From Oscillospiraceae bacterium (GTDB taxonomy: Bacteria > Bacillota > Clostridia > Oscillospirales > CAG-272): DNA of 48,463 nucleotides. Of the stretch, positions 8,597 to 17,249 are shown one piece after another (the stretch's first letter is position 1; each line of letters begins with the position of its first letter). The position numbers were made by a program, and so were the translations under genes. Location: positions 1 through 48,463 of the forward strand of contig SVQL01000002.1 of assembly GCA_015065365.1 (NCBI GenBank). Direction: 5' to 3'. The notes under the pieces are model-generated. The model was not told the origin of the DNA and made no database searches. It saw nothing but the letters and a program-made list of their open reading frames with translations.

Positions 8597-10087
8597 ATGA
8601 AGAAAACAATCAGACTTTTGGCAATGCTCATGACGCTTGCATTGCTGCTCTCTATGACTGCTCTCATTACCTCGTGTACAGGTAATGGAGACGGAGAGGA
8701 AACCACGGGTGACGAAAACACCGCAGGATCAACACTTGGCGACCTTGAGGTCAGGGACATGGACGGATTTGAAATTCTTATGTGCTGGCCCGAAACACAC
8801 ACGGACGGACACTACGTCCACAACGAGCTTGCTCCCGTAGACGGTAGCGGCGACGTTATCGACTCAGCTGTTGCTTCGAGAAACGCAACAGTAGAGGATA
8901 CGTATAACGTAAAGATAGTCGTTGATACCAAGTTCGTATCTCACATTCCGAGAGACTACCGCGTTGAGGCAGAGGCAGGCGACTCGTCCTACCACGTAAT
9001 CGCATCTACCGTTAAGTTTATGACTCCCGTCGCGCTTGAAGGAAGTCTTGTCGACTTTAACAAGCTGTCAGCCTACGATGAAACGCAGGAGTGGTGGAAC
9101 CACAAGCTTATGCAGGACTTCTCAATCGCAAATGCCCGTTACTTCGGCTCGGGCGACATCATTTACAGTGACGACTTCTATCCCTACTGTACATACGTAA
9201 ACACCGATGTTGCGGCATCGCTCGACTCTATCAAGGACGTAGACTTCTACGGCATGGTAAAGGATAAGACCTGGACGCTTGAGGCGTTCCATGAGTTTGC
9301 AGCGCAGGTTGCTGATCCCGAGGCGGACGGCGATCCCAACACATGGAGCGAGGACGATATGAACGGCGCGGTTATCAACGCAAACTTTGCAAGAGCCGCT
9401 TACTATGCAGCAGGCAAGGGAATGATCGAGTTCGACAAGAAGGGCTACCCCGTATGGCAGATGGACGTTGCGCACACCGATCCTATAATTGAAAAGGTTG
9501 CTAAAATCGTTCACGACGATGGCGCGTGCTTCTACGCTGACCTTCACCCCACCAACACGGCTCACGCTGAGGTTGAGCTTGACCTCTTTAACAAGAACAA
9601 GACGCTTTTCCTCGTAGAAGAGCTTATAATATCAGAGAGAATCACCAAGCGTGACGATGCAAAGGACTTCTTGCTGCTTCCTTATCCGCTTTACGATGAG
9701 GGAAGTGAGTACATAAGCGTTCTTAACGACGCTGCTGTAGTTTCCATTCCCGTACACGCAGACAGGCAGGAAGACGTATCTCTCATTCTTTCGGCAATGG
9801 GACGCGAATCTGTAAACACGCTTACACCTGCATTCTTTGAAACTGTTCTTAAGTACAGATATATGACCGATCCCGATTCCGTTGAGACCTTGCAGACAAT
9901 TCTTGACTCCACCGTTCCTCAGGACGTTGCAACCATCTCCGACTGGGGCGGATTCATGGATAAGTTCAAGACTATGATACAGACCAACGTTACGACGGGC
10001 TTCTCCAGCTACTATAGCTCGAACATCTCAACTGCTATGGGCAAGCTTGAGGAATACTGCGTATCTCTTGATAACTACTACAACTAA
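8597..10087 (+). CDS. extracellular solute-binding lipoprotein (ABC substrate-binding-protein-like), no cognate permease genes nearby
   Basis: ~496 aa. MKKTIRLLAMLMTLALLLSMTALITSCTGNG is a lipoprotein signal with lipobox. Size and composition fit large family-1 SBPs. An alternative start is at 8579. Confidence 0.6.
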   Translation: MKKTIRLLAMLMTLALLLSMTALITSCTGNGDGEETTGDENTAGSTLGDLEVRDMDGFEILMCWPETHTDGHYVHNELAPVDGSGDVIDSAVASRNATVEDTYNVKIVVDTKFVSHIPRDYRVEAEAGDSSYHVIASTVKFMTPVALEGSLVDFNKLSAYDETQEWWNHKLMQDFSIANARYFGSGDIIYSDDFYPYCTYVNTDVAASLDSIKDVDFYGMVKDKTWTLEAFHEFAAQVADPEADGDPNTWSEDDMNGAVINANFARAAYYAAGKGMIEFDKKGYPVWQMDVAHTDPIIEKVAKIVHDDGACFYADLHPTNTAHAEVELDLFNKNKTLFLVEELIISERITKRDDAKDFLLLPYPLYDEGSEYISVLNDAAVVSIPVHADRQEDVSLILSAMGRESVNTLTPAFFETVLKYRYMTDPDSVETLQTILDSTVPQDVATISDWGGFMDKFKTMIQTNVTTGFSSYYSSNISTAMGKLEEYCVSLDNYYN

Positions 10088-10112
10088 TTAATTGTAATAA
10101 AGGAGAACAAAT

Positions 10113-11588
10113 ATGAAAAAGATAGTTAGTTTGCTTATAGTTGCCTGCCTTATGGTGGGAATGCTTGCAGTTATGCCAATCTTTGCAAGCGCTTCTCAGG
10201 ATGAAATCGAGATTTCATCGGTTGAGGAATGGATGCTCTATGTTGACGGTGCGAACGTTGACAAGGACAACAAATACAAGTATGCCGACGCTAAATTCGT
10301 TATAACCGCAGACGTTCTTGACTTTACGGGCAAGACTCTTACTCCCGCATTAGGCTTCAACGGCGAGCTTGACGGTCAGGGCGCAACTCTTAAGAACATA
10401 ACCATGACCAAGGACGGCAGCGACCTCTCGCTGTTCTGCGAGCTTGGAGAGGCAACGATAAAGAACCTCGTTATCGAAAGCTCCAGCTTTACGGCAGAGC
10501 AGTGGGTAGCTCCCATTGCATGCTGTGTTTCCGGCCCCGCAGTTATTGAAAATATCTACGTTGCAAGCGACGTAACGGTAGTTTCCAACAGAGAATACAA
10601 GAAATCCTCGGATTGCTCAAGCGCGGGCGGAATTATCGGCGGATGCTTTTCCACTAACGACGGAACGACTCCTGCCCTTACCGTTAAGGGCTGCGTATTC
10701 GCAGGAAGCGTTAGCGGAACTTGTAAGGCTGTCGGCGGTATAGTCGGAAACGGAAACAGTGGCGATGGCAAGCTTCACAACATAGTGATTGAAAACTGTC
10801 TTGTGCTCGGCTCCGTAAGCAGCGATGGTAAGCCTGATACGAGCGGCTTCATTGGTGGCAACTTAGGCGCAAGCGTTACCGTAACGAACTCCATATACGC
10901 AGGTAAGGGCTTTAGCAGCTATCCCTTTGGAAAGGCAGCAACCTTTACGGCAACCAATTGCTATACCATTCAGCTTGACGTTGACGGAATGGCTTACAGC
11001 ACGAACGGCGCAGATGCTATTGCTGGTGTTACGCTTGTAACGAGCCTTGTTGACGAGCTTGTTGGTACAGACGCAACGCTCACTCTTGACGGTTGGACGA
11101 AGCGCGCGGGTGACGTTATGGTTCCCACGGGAGTTGCAGAATTTGCTCTCTCTACGGCAGACGAGTTTGAAAAGACCTACACTATTACTTGGAAGAACGG
11201 CGAAGAGGTTCTCGCAACCGAGGAATACAAGTACGGTGAAACTCCTACCTTCAAGGGAGAAACTCCCACCAAGGCAAGTGACGATACCTACAACTATACC
11301 TTCGTAAACTGGACTCCTTCGGTAGGCTCGGTAATTGGTGATGCAACCTACTACGCAGAGTTTATTAAGGTTAGAAAGAACGTAGTAATTGACGACGAGG
11401 AAGAGGAAGAGGAAGATAACGGCAACGATACTCAAAAGCCTCTTGACACGACTCCCGAGACCGAGTCTGCTCCCACTACCGAAACCGAGGCGGCTTCGGG
11501 CGGATGCGGCGGCTCTATCGGAATTGCCGGCGTTGCAATGCTCGCTCTCGTATCCGGCGCGGCTCTCGTAATCAAGAAGAAGGACTAA
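10113..11588 (+). CDS. cell-surface protein: one GLUG-like beta-helix module, a Listeria-Bacteroides-type repeat, an acidic linker and a C-terminal Cys-Gly motif + TM + KKKD tail
   Basis: 491 aa with signal peptide MKKIVSLLIVACLMVGMLAVMPIFASA. Motifs FNGELDGQGATLKNI, GGIIGG and GGIVGNG are present. YTITWKNGEEVL...YNYTFVNWTP...ATYYAEF is a Flg_new-like repeat. The tail is SGGCGGSIGIAGVAMLALVSGAALVIKKKD. Confidence 0.75.
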   Translation: MKKIVSLLIVACLMVGMLAVMPIFASASQDEIEISSVEEWMLYVDGANVDKDNKYKYADAKFVITADVLDFTGKTLTPALGFNGELDGQGATLKNITMTKDGSDLSLFCELGEATIKNLVIESSSFTAEQWVAPIACCVSGPAVIENIYVASDVTVVSNREYKKSSDCSSAGGIIGGCFSTNDGTTPALTVKGCVFAGSVSGTCKAVGGIVGNGNSGDGKLHNIVIENCLVLGSVSSDGKPDTSGFIGGNLGASVTVTNSIYAGKGFSSYPFGKAATFTATNCYTIQLDVDGMAYSTNGADAIAGVTLVTSLVDELVGTDATLTLDGWTKRAGDVMVPTGVAEFALSTADEFEKTYTITWKNGEEVLATEEYKYGETPTFKGETPTKASDDTYNYTFVNWTPSVGSVIGDATYYAEFIKVRKNVVIDDEEEEEEDNGNDTQKPLDTTPETESAPTTETEAASGGCGGSIGIAGVAMLALVSGAALVIKKKD

Positions 11589-11686
11589 TTAAGAAAGCCT
11601 TCCCCCGAGGGAAGCCAAAGGGAGACGGCGGGAGCAAGCCCCCGCCCTACGGGGAAAATAAGAATACCCCAAAATATGCTAACCTC

Positions 11687-11751
11687 GGCGATTTGGCGCG
11701 TGAGGACGAATACCTCCACGTTTTATTTGCTCGGCACGCGCCGAAATCGCC
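11687..11751 (+). other. long imperfect hairpin in the gap between the two surface-protein genes
   Basis: GGCGATTTGGCGCGTG (11687-11702) is complementary to CACGCGCCGAAATCGCC (11735-11751). An inner CGTGAGG/CCTCCACG stem is followed by TTTTATTTG. Confidence 0.5.
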
Positions 11752-11785
11752 AACAAATTTATTAAAAAAGAGGTAACAGAAAATT

Positions 11786-14700
11786 ATGAACAAGAAGATA
11801 CTTTCGATAGTTCTCGTTCTGTCAATGCTTGTCGGAATGCTCGCCGTTATGCCTATAAGCGTAGGGGCGGCTGATGCGGACGACGGCGTTCTTTCGGGTA
11901 AAGGAACCGAGAACGATCCTTACATAATTGCAGGCTTGGTTGACTGGGCAACATTTGTCACAGATAAAAAGAGCGCAGGCGATTACTACAAGGTAACGGC
12001 TACAACTCTTGATTTCACCGGAAAGACTTATAATCAGGTAGCAAGCTTTCAGGGAACCTTTGACGGTAACGGCGTAACCATTACGGGCGTTAACGTTAAC
12101 TCAAGCGGCGAGGCAGGCCTCTTTAGCTGTCTTGGCGGAGTTTCCACCTTTAAGAACTTTGTAGTAACCAATTCCACCATCAAGGGTAACCAGTGGGTTG
12201 GCGGCGTAGTATGCTGCTGTAACGGAAACGCTACCTTTGAGAACATTTACATTAGCGATGACGTAAAAATTATTGCTGGCGTAAAGAGCGGAAATTCCTA
12301 TTCAGGCGGCTTGCTCGGCGGCGGCGCAGGTAGCCCTGAGCTGATTACCGTAAGAGGATGCGTATTTGCAGGAACTGTTACCGCTGAAGGACAATACAAC
12401 GGCGGATTTATCGGTTCAAGAAACGGTGCTAAAAACATCGAAATCTATAACTCTATCGTACTTGGTAAGGTTCCGAATACTAAGGCTAACAGCTGCGGAT
12501 TTATCGGACATAGCGAGAGTACCAACGTAGTTATGGATAACTGTATATATGCAGGCGGAGCAGCGGGCGTTTACTATAACAACAGACCATTCTTTAATAA
12601 GTCTGCTTCTGCAACAGTAACTAACTGCTACACTGTTGCGGCAAACGACAATAATACGGGCGCTGTATACGGAGATGTAAAGATTACCGACGAGAACAAC
12701 GGAGTAAAGCTTATCACCTTCAATCAGCTCATCGGCTATGATGCAGACGTAGACGTAGACGGATTTACAACTCGTGCGGGCGACGTTATGGTTCCCTCGG
12801 GTGTTGCGGGCTTTGATCTTCCTCAGCATTACGTAGCTCCTCAGGTTGAGGAGTGGACGGGAAGCGGAACGGAAAGCGATCCTTATACCATTTCTACGGC
12901 GGCGCAGTGGAGATATTTCGTTGAGCAGTCTGCCACTAACGATTTTTCGGGCAAGTACATAGAGCTTGCAAGAGACATAACTCTCAACGAGGGTGACGCT
13001 GCCGAATGGGCGAAGGGTAATTTCAGCGGAATTGCGATTAATTCCGTTTGCGAAGCCTCGACCGGAAAATCATTTGCGGGTAACTTTAACGGAAACGGCA
13101 AGACCATTTCCGGTGTGTATATCAATTCCTCGTATAAAGAAGGAGTAGGTCTTTTCGGTGAGGTAGGTAAAGCTACGATCACCAATTTCCGTCTTGTAAA
13201 TTCCTATATTCAAGGAACGGAATGGATGGGCGGTGTCGTTGGCGAAACCAACGGAAACGGAACTGTTATCAGCAATATTTACGTTGGCGAGGACGTATAC
13301 GTTAAGTCTACGAAATCGGGCGGTAGCGGCGTAGGCGGTGTCGTCGGAGGAATCTATGGAACGACTACTAACGTTACTATCGACAACTGTGTGTTTGCAG
13401 GAACCGTTACGGGTAGCTCTGCCGCAGTTGCAGGTATATTGGGCAATGCAAACAAGGCATCGAACGTAACGATCAGTGATTGTCTGTTCCTTGGAACGTC
13501 AAGCAAGAACGGTATTACTTATATTGCTAATTTGAAGGACGTTGAGTCACGCGCAGTAATAGTTACGCGTTGCGTTTCTATCGGTACTGCAACGAACGCC
13601 GTAGAGGGAAGCGACAAAGACGGCGTTACCGTTTCTGACTGCTACTGGGTAGGTAACGGTCTTAGTTCCAAGTACGACGTGTTTGACGACAACGCGAGTG
13701 CGGAGATTCTGACGGCGCTCGGTGCGGACTGGACTACGCGTACGGATGATTTCATTACTCTCGATATGTTCGCGGACGTTTCGAATTTCGTGCTTGAGGA
13801 TGAGTTCCCCAATACCGTTGAATGGGAAACCGCGCAGGTTATCACAAACGCAAAGGAATGGAACTATTTCGTATTCCTCGCTCAGGTAAAGAGAGAAACG
13901 TTTGCGGGAAAGACCGTATATCTTAACGCAGATATAGATTTCAAGAACGCGACTATCAAAACTCTTGCTCCCGACGGCGTTGCTACCTTCCAGGGTACGT
14001 TTGACGGTCAGGGACATACGCTCAAGAGGTTCGTTATCGATGACACCGTGGATGCGACGAGCGTATTCGGCGATATTCGCGGCGGCGCGGTAATTAAGAA
14101 TCTCGTAATCGACTCGGCAACCGTTTACGCAAGCCAGTGGGCAGGCGTAGTGGTCGGTGAGGTCAGCGGCGAGGCTACCATTGAAAACGTTTTCGTAACC
14201 GAGGACGTAAAGCTTTATTCCAATCGCGGCACTAAGCAGGGCGAGGTCGGCGGTATCGTCGGCGGACTCTACGGCGAGGGAAGCGTAACGGTAAGAGGCT
14301 GCGTATTCGCGGGAGAGATTTATTCTAACGGCAAGACGGTAGGCGGTATCGTCGGTAGAGGTAACAGCCTTAGCGTTACTATCGAGGACTGCCTCATGCT
14401 CGGAAGCGTTGAGTGCGCTTTAGAGGACAGCGATGCAAACGGAATCCTCGGCTGGAATAAGGATAAGGTAAACACGGATAAGGACACCGGAGAGATTACG
14501 TCGGTACAAGAAGGCACCACGGTTATCAGAAACACCGTTTACGCGGGTTGGGGCTATTCTTCCTATTCATTTGGTTCCTTCGGCAAAAACACAACCATTG
14601 AAAATTGCTACTCGACCGACGCTAAGTATGCTTACTGCATAGAAGTCGATCAGCCTGAGTACGGCTCTGTAAATCACATAGAGAAAACGGATATAATAAA

Positions 14701-16393
14701 CAATCCCGAGCTTGTTGCAAAGCTCAATAACGGACGCGCTACCGATGTTTGGAGACTCCGCGGAGGTGACGCGATAGTTCCCGCAGACGTAATTGCGGAC
14801 GACGTTTACCTCATAAACGTTCACATGTTTAACGGTGCTTCCGTAAGATTCTCCGACACCTCTGATATCCGCTTTACGGGTATTATAGGAAGCAACTATC
14901 TTGAGAGCAAGAAGGCAGAGGGCAAGACCGTTAAATTCGGTATTCTCATTTCGCTTGCCAGCTACGTTGAGCTGCTTGGTGACAAGGACTTTACGCCTGC
15001 TAACTTTGATGCTCTCGGCGAAGAAGTCATCAACGGCACGAGATACGTTATGATTGAGGCTACGAATTACGGCGGTGGCGAGGAGGACGGATATTACATC
15101 TTCTCGGGTGTTCTTTGGGGACTTAAGTCAAATACCAGAGAGTATGCGGCTCGCACATATATTCAAATAATTGACGACGCAACCGGTGAGATTGACAGGA
15201 CGTTGCTTTCCTACTACAACCCCACCGATAACAACAGAAGTATTGCTTACGTTGCGCAGGCGGCTTACGAGGATACCTGTAACTTCTCGAACGGCTACTA
15301 CAAGCACGAGCTTGCAGAGGGCCAGGGCGTATACAGCCCTTACACTCCCGAGCAACGCGAGAAGCTTCTTGACCTCTTCGGTAAAGAAGACGCAACCGAT
15401 ATCAGCTTCCTCAGCTACAACATAAGAAACGTTGAGGATACCTCGGGATGGATTGACAAGGCAACCTTTGAATACACCGACCGCAATATATACGTTCGCG
15501 ATTATCTTCTTGATTGCGGCGCGGACGTAATAGGACTTCAAGAAGCAGCAAAGCTGAAAGCGACTGCCAACACGCTTGACTGGTTTGATACTCTCGGTGA
15601 TGGAGATACCAACGTTGGACTCGTTGCGGCAGGCTACACCTGCGTTAAGGGCGAGGATATTCTTTCGCACGACGGCGACAAGGATATGTATAATCCGATA
15701 TACTTCAAGACGGACAAGTACGAGCTTGTAACAAGCGGAACGAAATGGTTGACGGCTACCCCTGACGTTTGCTCTGTTATAGACGGCTCGGATACGAGAA
15801 AGGCGCTCAATTATGTTGTTCTTAAGGATATAGCTACCGGTCAGCAGTTCGTATACGTAAACGTTCATCTCGTCGTAAGAAGAACGAATTACGTTCACGA
15901 TGGGGAAGGAGCCGATACGGAGCATTACTGTCAGGAGCTTGAGGTTATTTACCTTAGAGGTATACTCGACGCGCTCCAGAAGGATTACGCAGATCTTCCC
16001 ATGTTCATCGGCGGAGACTTTAACAACAGCTATTCGGGTATAAACAAGTGGTTTAGTAAGAGTGTGGTTGGTGAGAATCCTTGGGATATCAGCGAGGGTA
16101 CTCCTACGGAGACCGTTAAGATTTCCACCGCAAGAGATCAGGCGATAACCAAGAGCAGTTATCTGTACTCCTGCACCACCGAGGACTTTACACAGGTAAA
16201 TACCGATGCGGGAGCAAACGTATGGTCAAAATGGGGCGCTATCGACCTTTGGTGGACGTCCAACTTTACGAACGGCGTGGTTCATTGCTATCAGATACTT
16301 GACAACAAGACTACCACCTCTACGGGCGAAAAGTATCCCTCGGACCACTTGCCCGCAAAAATGTGTGTAACTATTTACAAGGATAATGCATAA
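11786..16393 (+). CDS. large secreted protein: three GLUG-like beta-helix modules + C-terminal EEP (endonuclease/exonuclease/phosphatase) domain
   Basis: 1535 aa. The signal peptide MNKKILSIVLVLSMLVGMLAVMPISVGA is near-identical to that of the upstream paralogue. There are three modules (FQGTFDGNGVTI, FAGNFNGNGKTI, FQGTFDGQGHTL, each with WxGGVVG / GGxVGG). The EEP domain spans 15398-16390 (SFLSYNIRN, VIGLQEA, IGGDFNN, PSDHLP). Confidence 0.85.
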   Translation: MNKKILSIVLVLSMLVGMLAVMPISVGAADADDGVLSGKGTENDPYIIAGLVDWATFVTDKKSAGDYYKVTATTLDFTGKTYNQVASFQGTFDGNGVTITGVNVNSSGEAGLFSCLGGVSTFKNFVVTNSTIKGNQWVGGVVCCCNGNATFENIYISDDVKIIAGVKSGNSYSGGLLGGGAGSPELITVRGCVFAGTVTAEGQYNGGFIGSRNGAKNIEIYNSIVLGKVPNTKANSCGFIGHSESTNVVMDNCIYAGGAAGVYYNNRPFFNKSASATVTNCYTVAANDNNTGAVYGDVKITDENNGVKLITFNQLIGYDADVDVDGFTTRAGDVMVPSGVAGFDLPQHYVAPQVEEWTGSGTESDPYTISTAAQWRYFVEQSATNDFSGKYIELARDITLNEGDAAEWAKGNFSGIAINSVCEASTGKSFAGNFNGNGKTISGVYINSSYKEGVGLFGEVGKATITNFRLVNSYIQGTEWMGGVVGETNGNGTVISNIYVGEDVYVKSTKSGGSGVGGVVGGIYGTTTNVTIDNCVFAGTVTGSSAAVAGILGNANKASNVTISDCLFLGTSSKNGITYIANLKDVESRAVIVTRCVSIGTATNAVEGSDKDGVTVSDCYWVGNGLSSKYDVFDDNASAEILTALGADWTTRTDDFITLDMFADVSNFVLEDEFPNTVEWETAQVITNAKEWNYFVFLAQVKRETFAGKTVYLNADIDFKNATIKTLAPDGVATFQGTFDGQGHTLKRFVIDDTVDATSVFGDIRGGAVIKNLVIDSATVYASQWAGVVVGEVSGEATIENVFVTEDVKLYSNRGTKQGEVGGIVGGLYGEGSVTVRGCVFAGEIYSNGKTVGGIVGRGNSLSVTIEDCLMLGSVECALEDSDANGILGWNKDKVNTDKDTGEITSVQEGTTVIRNTVYAGWGYSSYSFGSFGKNTTIENCYSTDAKYAYCIEVDQPEYGSVNHIEKTDIINNPELVAKLNNGRATDVWRLRGGDAIVPADVIADDVYLINVHMFNGASVRFSDTSDIRFTGIIGSNYLESKKAEGKTVKFGILISLASYVELLGDKDFTPANFDALGEEVINGTRYVMIEATNYGGGEEDGYYIFSGVLWGLKSNTREYAARTYIQIIDDATGEIDRTLLSYYNPTDNNRSIAYVAQAAYEDTCNFSNGYYKHELAEGQGVYSPYTPEQREKLLDLFGKEDATDISFLSYNIRNVEDTSGWIDKATFEYTDRNIYVRDYLLDCGADVIGLQEAAKLKATANTLDWFDTLGDGDTNVGLVAAGYTCVKGEDILSHDGDKDMYNPIYFKTDKYELVTSGTKWLTATPDVCSVIDGSDTRKALNYVVLKDIATGQQFVYVNVHLVVRRTNYVHDGEGADTEHYCQELEVIYLRGILDALQKDYADLPMFIGGDFNNSYSGINKWFSKSVVGENPWDISEGTPTETVKISTARDQAITKSSYLYSCTTEDFTQVNTDAGANVWSKWGAIDLWWTSNFTNGVVHCYQILDNKTTTSTGEKYPSDHLPAKMCVTIYKDNA

Positions 16394-16411
16394 TAGGGAG
16401 GTATATAAAAA

Positions 16412-16528
16412 ATGAAAAAAGTTTATGAATCTCCTGTTATGGAGAAAATGCTTTGCGCAAAGGAAGACGTGCTTTCCATGTCTTGGTTTGACAATGTTTT
16501 TGGAGAAGCAGATCCCTTTGAGGTTTAA
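16412..16528 (+). CDS. candidate small protein (38 aa), unknown function
   Basis: Not in ORF track (too short). GGGAGG SD lies 10 nt before ATG 16412, 18 nt after the stop of the 1535-aa gene. The product is MKKVYESPVMEKMLCAKEDVLSMSWFDNVFGEADPFEV. It is followed by the operon terminator. Confidence 0.4.
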   Translation: MKKVYESPVMEKMLCAKEDVLSMSWFDNVFGEADPFEV

Positions 16529-16560
16529 ATAAGGGAAGAATAAAGCGCGGATAGCGCAAT

Positions 16561-16601
16561 AAAGAGAGAACGCTTCGGTTTTTCCGATCCGTTCTCTCTT
16601 T
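16561..16601 (+). terminator. intrinsic terminator ending the GH4-to-surface-protein transcription unit
   Basis: AAAGAGAGAACG (16561-16572) pairs with CGTTCTCTCTTT (16590-16601) in a 12-bp stem that runs into T residues. Confidence 0.6.
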
Positions 16602-16607
16602 TGACTT

Positions 16608-16784
16608 GGAGGACGCGAGGGCTGCGTTCCACCTTTTTCGAGAAAAAGGTGGAGCCAAAAAGCTTCCCACGAATTTATTATTAGACGGACACATCGAGGA
16701 AATATTATTTATTGGTTGAATATCGTTGGTGTGTTCTAATGTAGAAAGTCGTCGGACTCTGCGCACCGACGACTTTCCATTTTC
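16608..16784 (+). repeat. R-element copy 1 (~175-nt structured intergenic repeat: 5' hairpin, AT-rich spacer, terminator hairpin)
   Basis: Roughly 85-90% identical by eye to the copies at 32661-32845 and 32846-33022. It has a hairpin TCCACCTTTTT-CGAG-AAAAAGGTGGA and a 12-bp terminal stem GAAAGTCGTCGG/CCGACGACTTTC (16744-16777). Confidence 0.8.
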
Positions 16785-16924
16785 AATTTACTACTTCCGC
16801 ACGACGTAACGAATTAAGAAAAAAATCTTTGAACGCGGCTCGTTTTCACGAGAGTTGTATCAAAGCGTGAATTAAACGGAGCTGACGTGCACAATAATAC
16901 CTTATACGATTATGGAGTAGATAT

Positions 16925-17176
16925 ATGCTTAAAGGAGTAAACAGAAACGTTATCGTCGTGCACGGTGACAAATCAAGTCGGTTTGAAGCCGTATACATGA
17001 TAATGAAAAAGGGAACGGGTGCCTCCGAAACAGATATACTCAGGGAGGCAAACAGGCTCGTCGCGGAGAGCGGAATGACGGTAAAGCGCAGGCTGCCGCC
17101 TTGGCTTTTGATAGGCTTGGGGGCACTCGGTGGCGCGCTCGCCGCAAGCGTGCTGTGGCTTATAGTCGTTTTGTGA
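16925..17176 (+). CDS. small membrane protein, unknown function
   Basis: 83 aa. SD GGAG is present and there is a C-terminal TM helix (PPWLLIGLGALGGALAASVLWLIVVL). No family recognised. Confidence 0.5.
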   Translation: MLKGVNRNVIVVHGDKSSRFEAVYMIMKKGTGASETDILREANRLVAESGMTVKRRLPPWLLIGLGALGGALAASVLWLIVVL

Positions 17177-17220
17177 CGAATACTTTTTGCGCCGCGGCTC
17201 GCTTTAGTTTGTATACGCTA

Positions 17221-17249
17221 TTGACAACAGTGGAAAAGTATGGTATAAT
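17221..17249 (+). promoter_or_regulatory. consensus sigma-A promoter upstream of rnj
   Basis: TTGACA (17221-17226), 17 nt spacer, TATAAT (17244-17249). This leaves a ~185-nt leader before ATG 17439. Confidence 0.7.

Noticed and set aside
16437-16766. ORFs translated across repeat elements (16437-16766, 32351-32719, 32770-33045, 32931-33122, 28325-28780, 45190-45518, 45592-46029)
   Set aside because: They are read-throughs of hairpin repeats or of the tRNA-like units (for example ...APPFSRKRWNA..., ...AVPLPSQGKA...). They lack an SD and overlap structured RNA elements or real genes.
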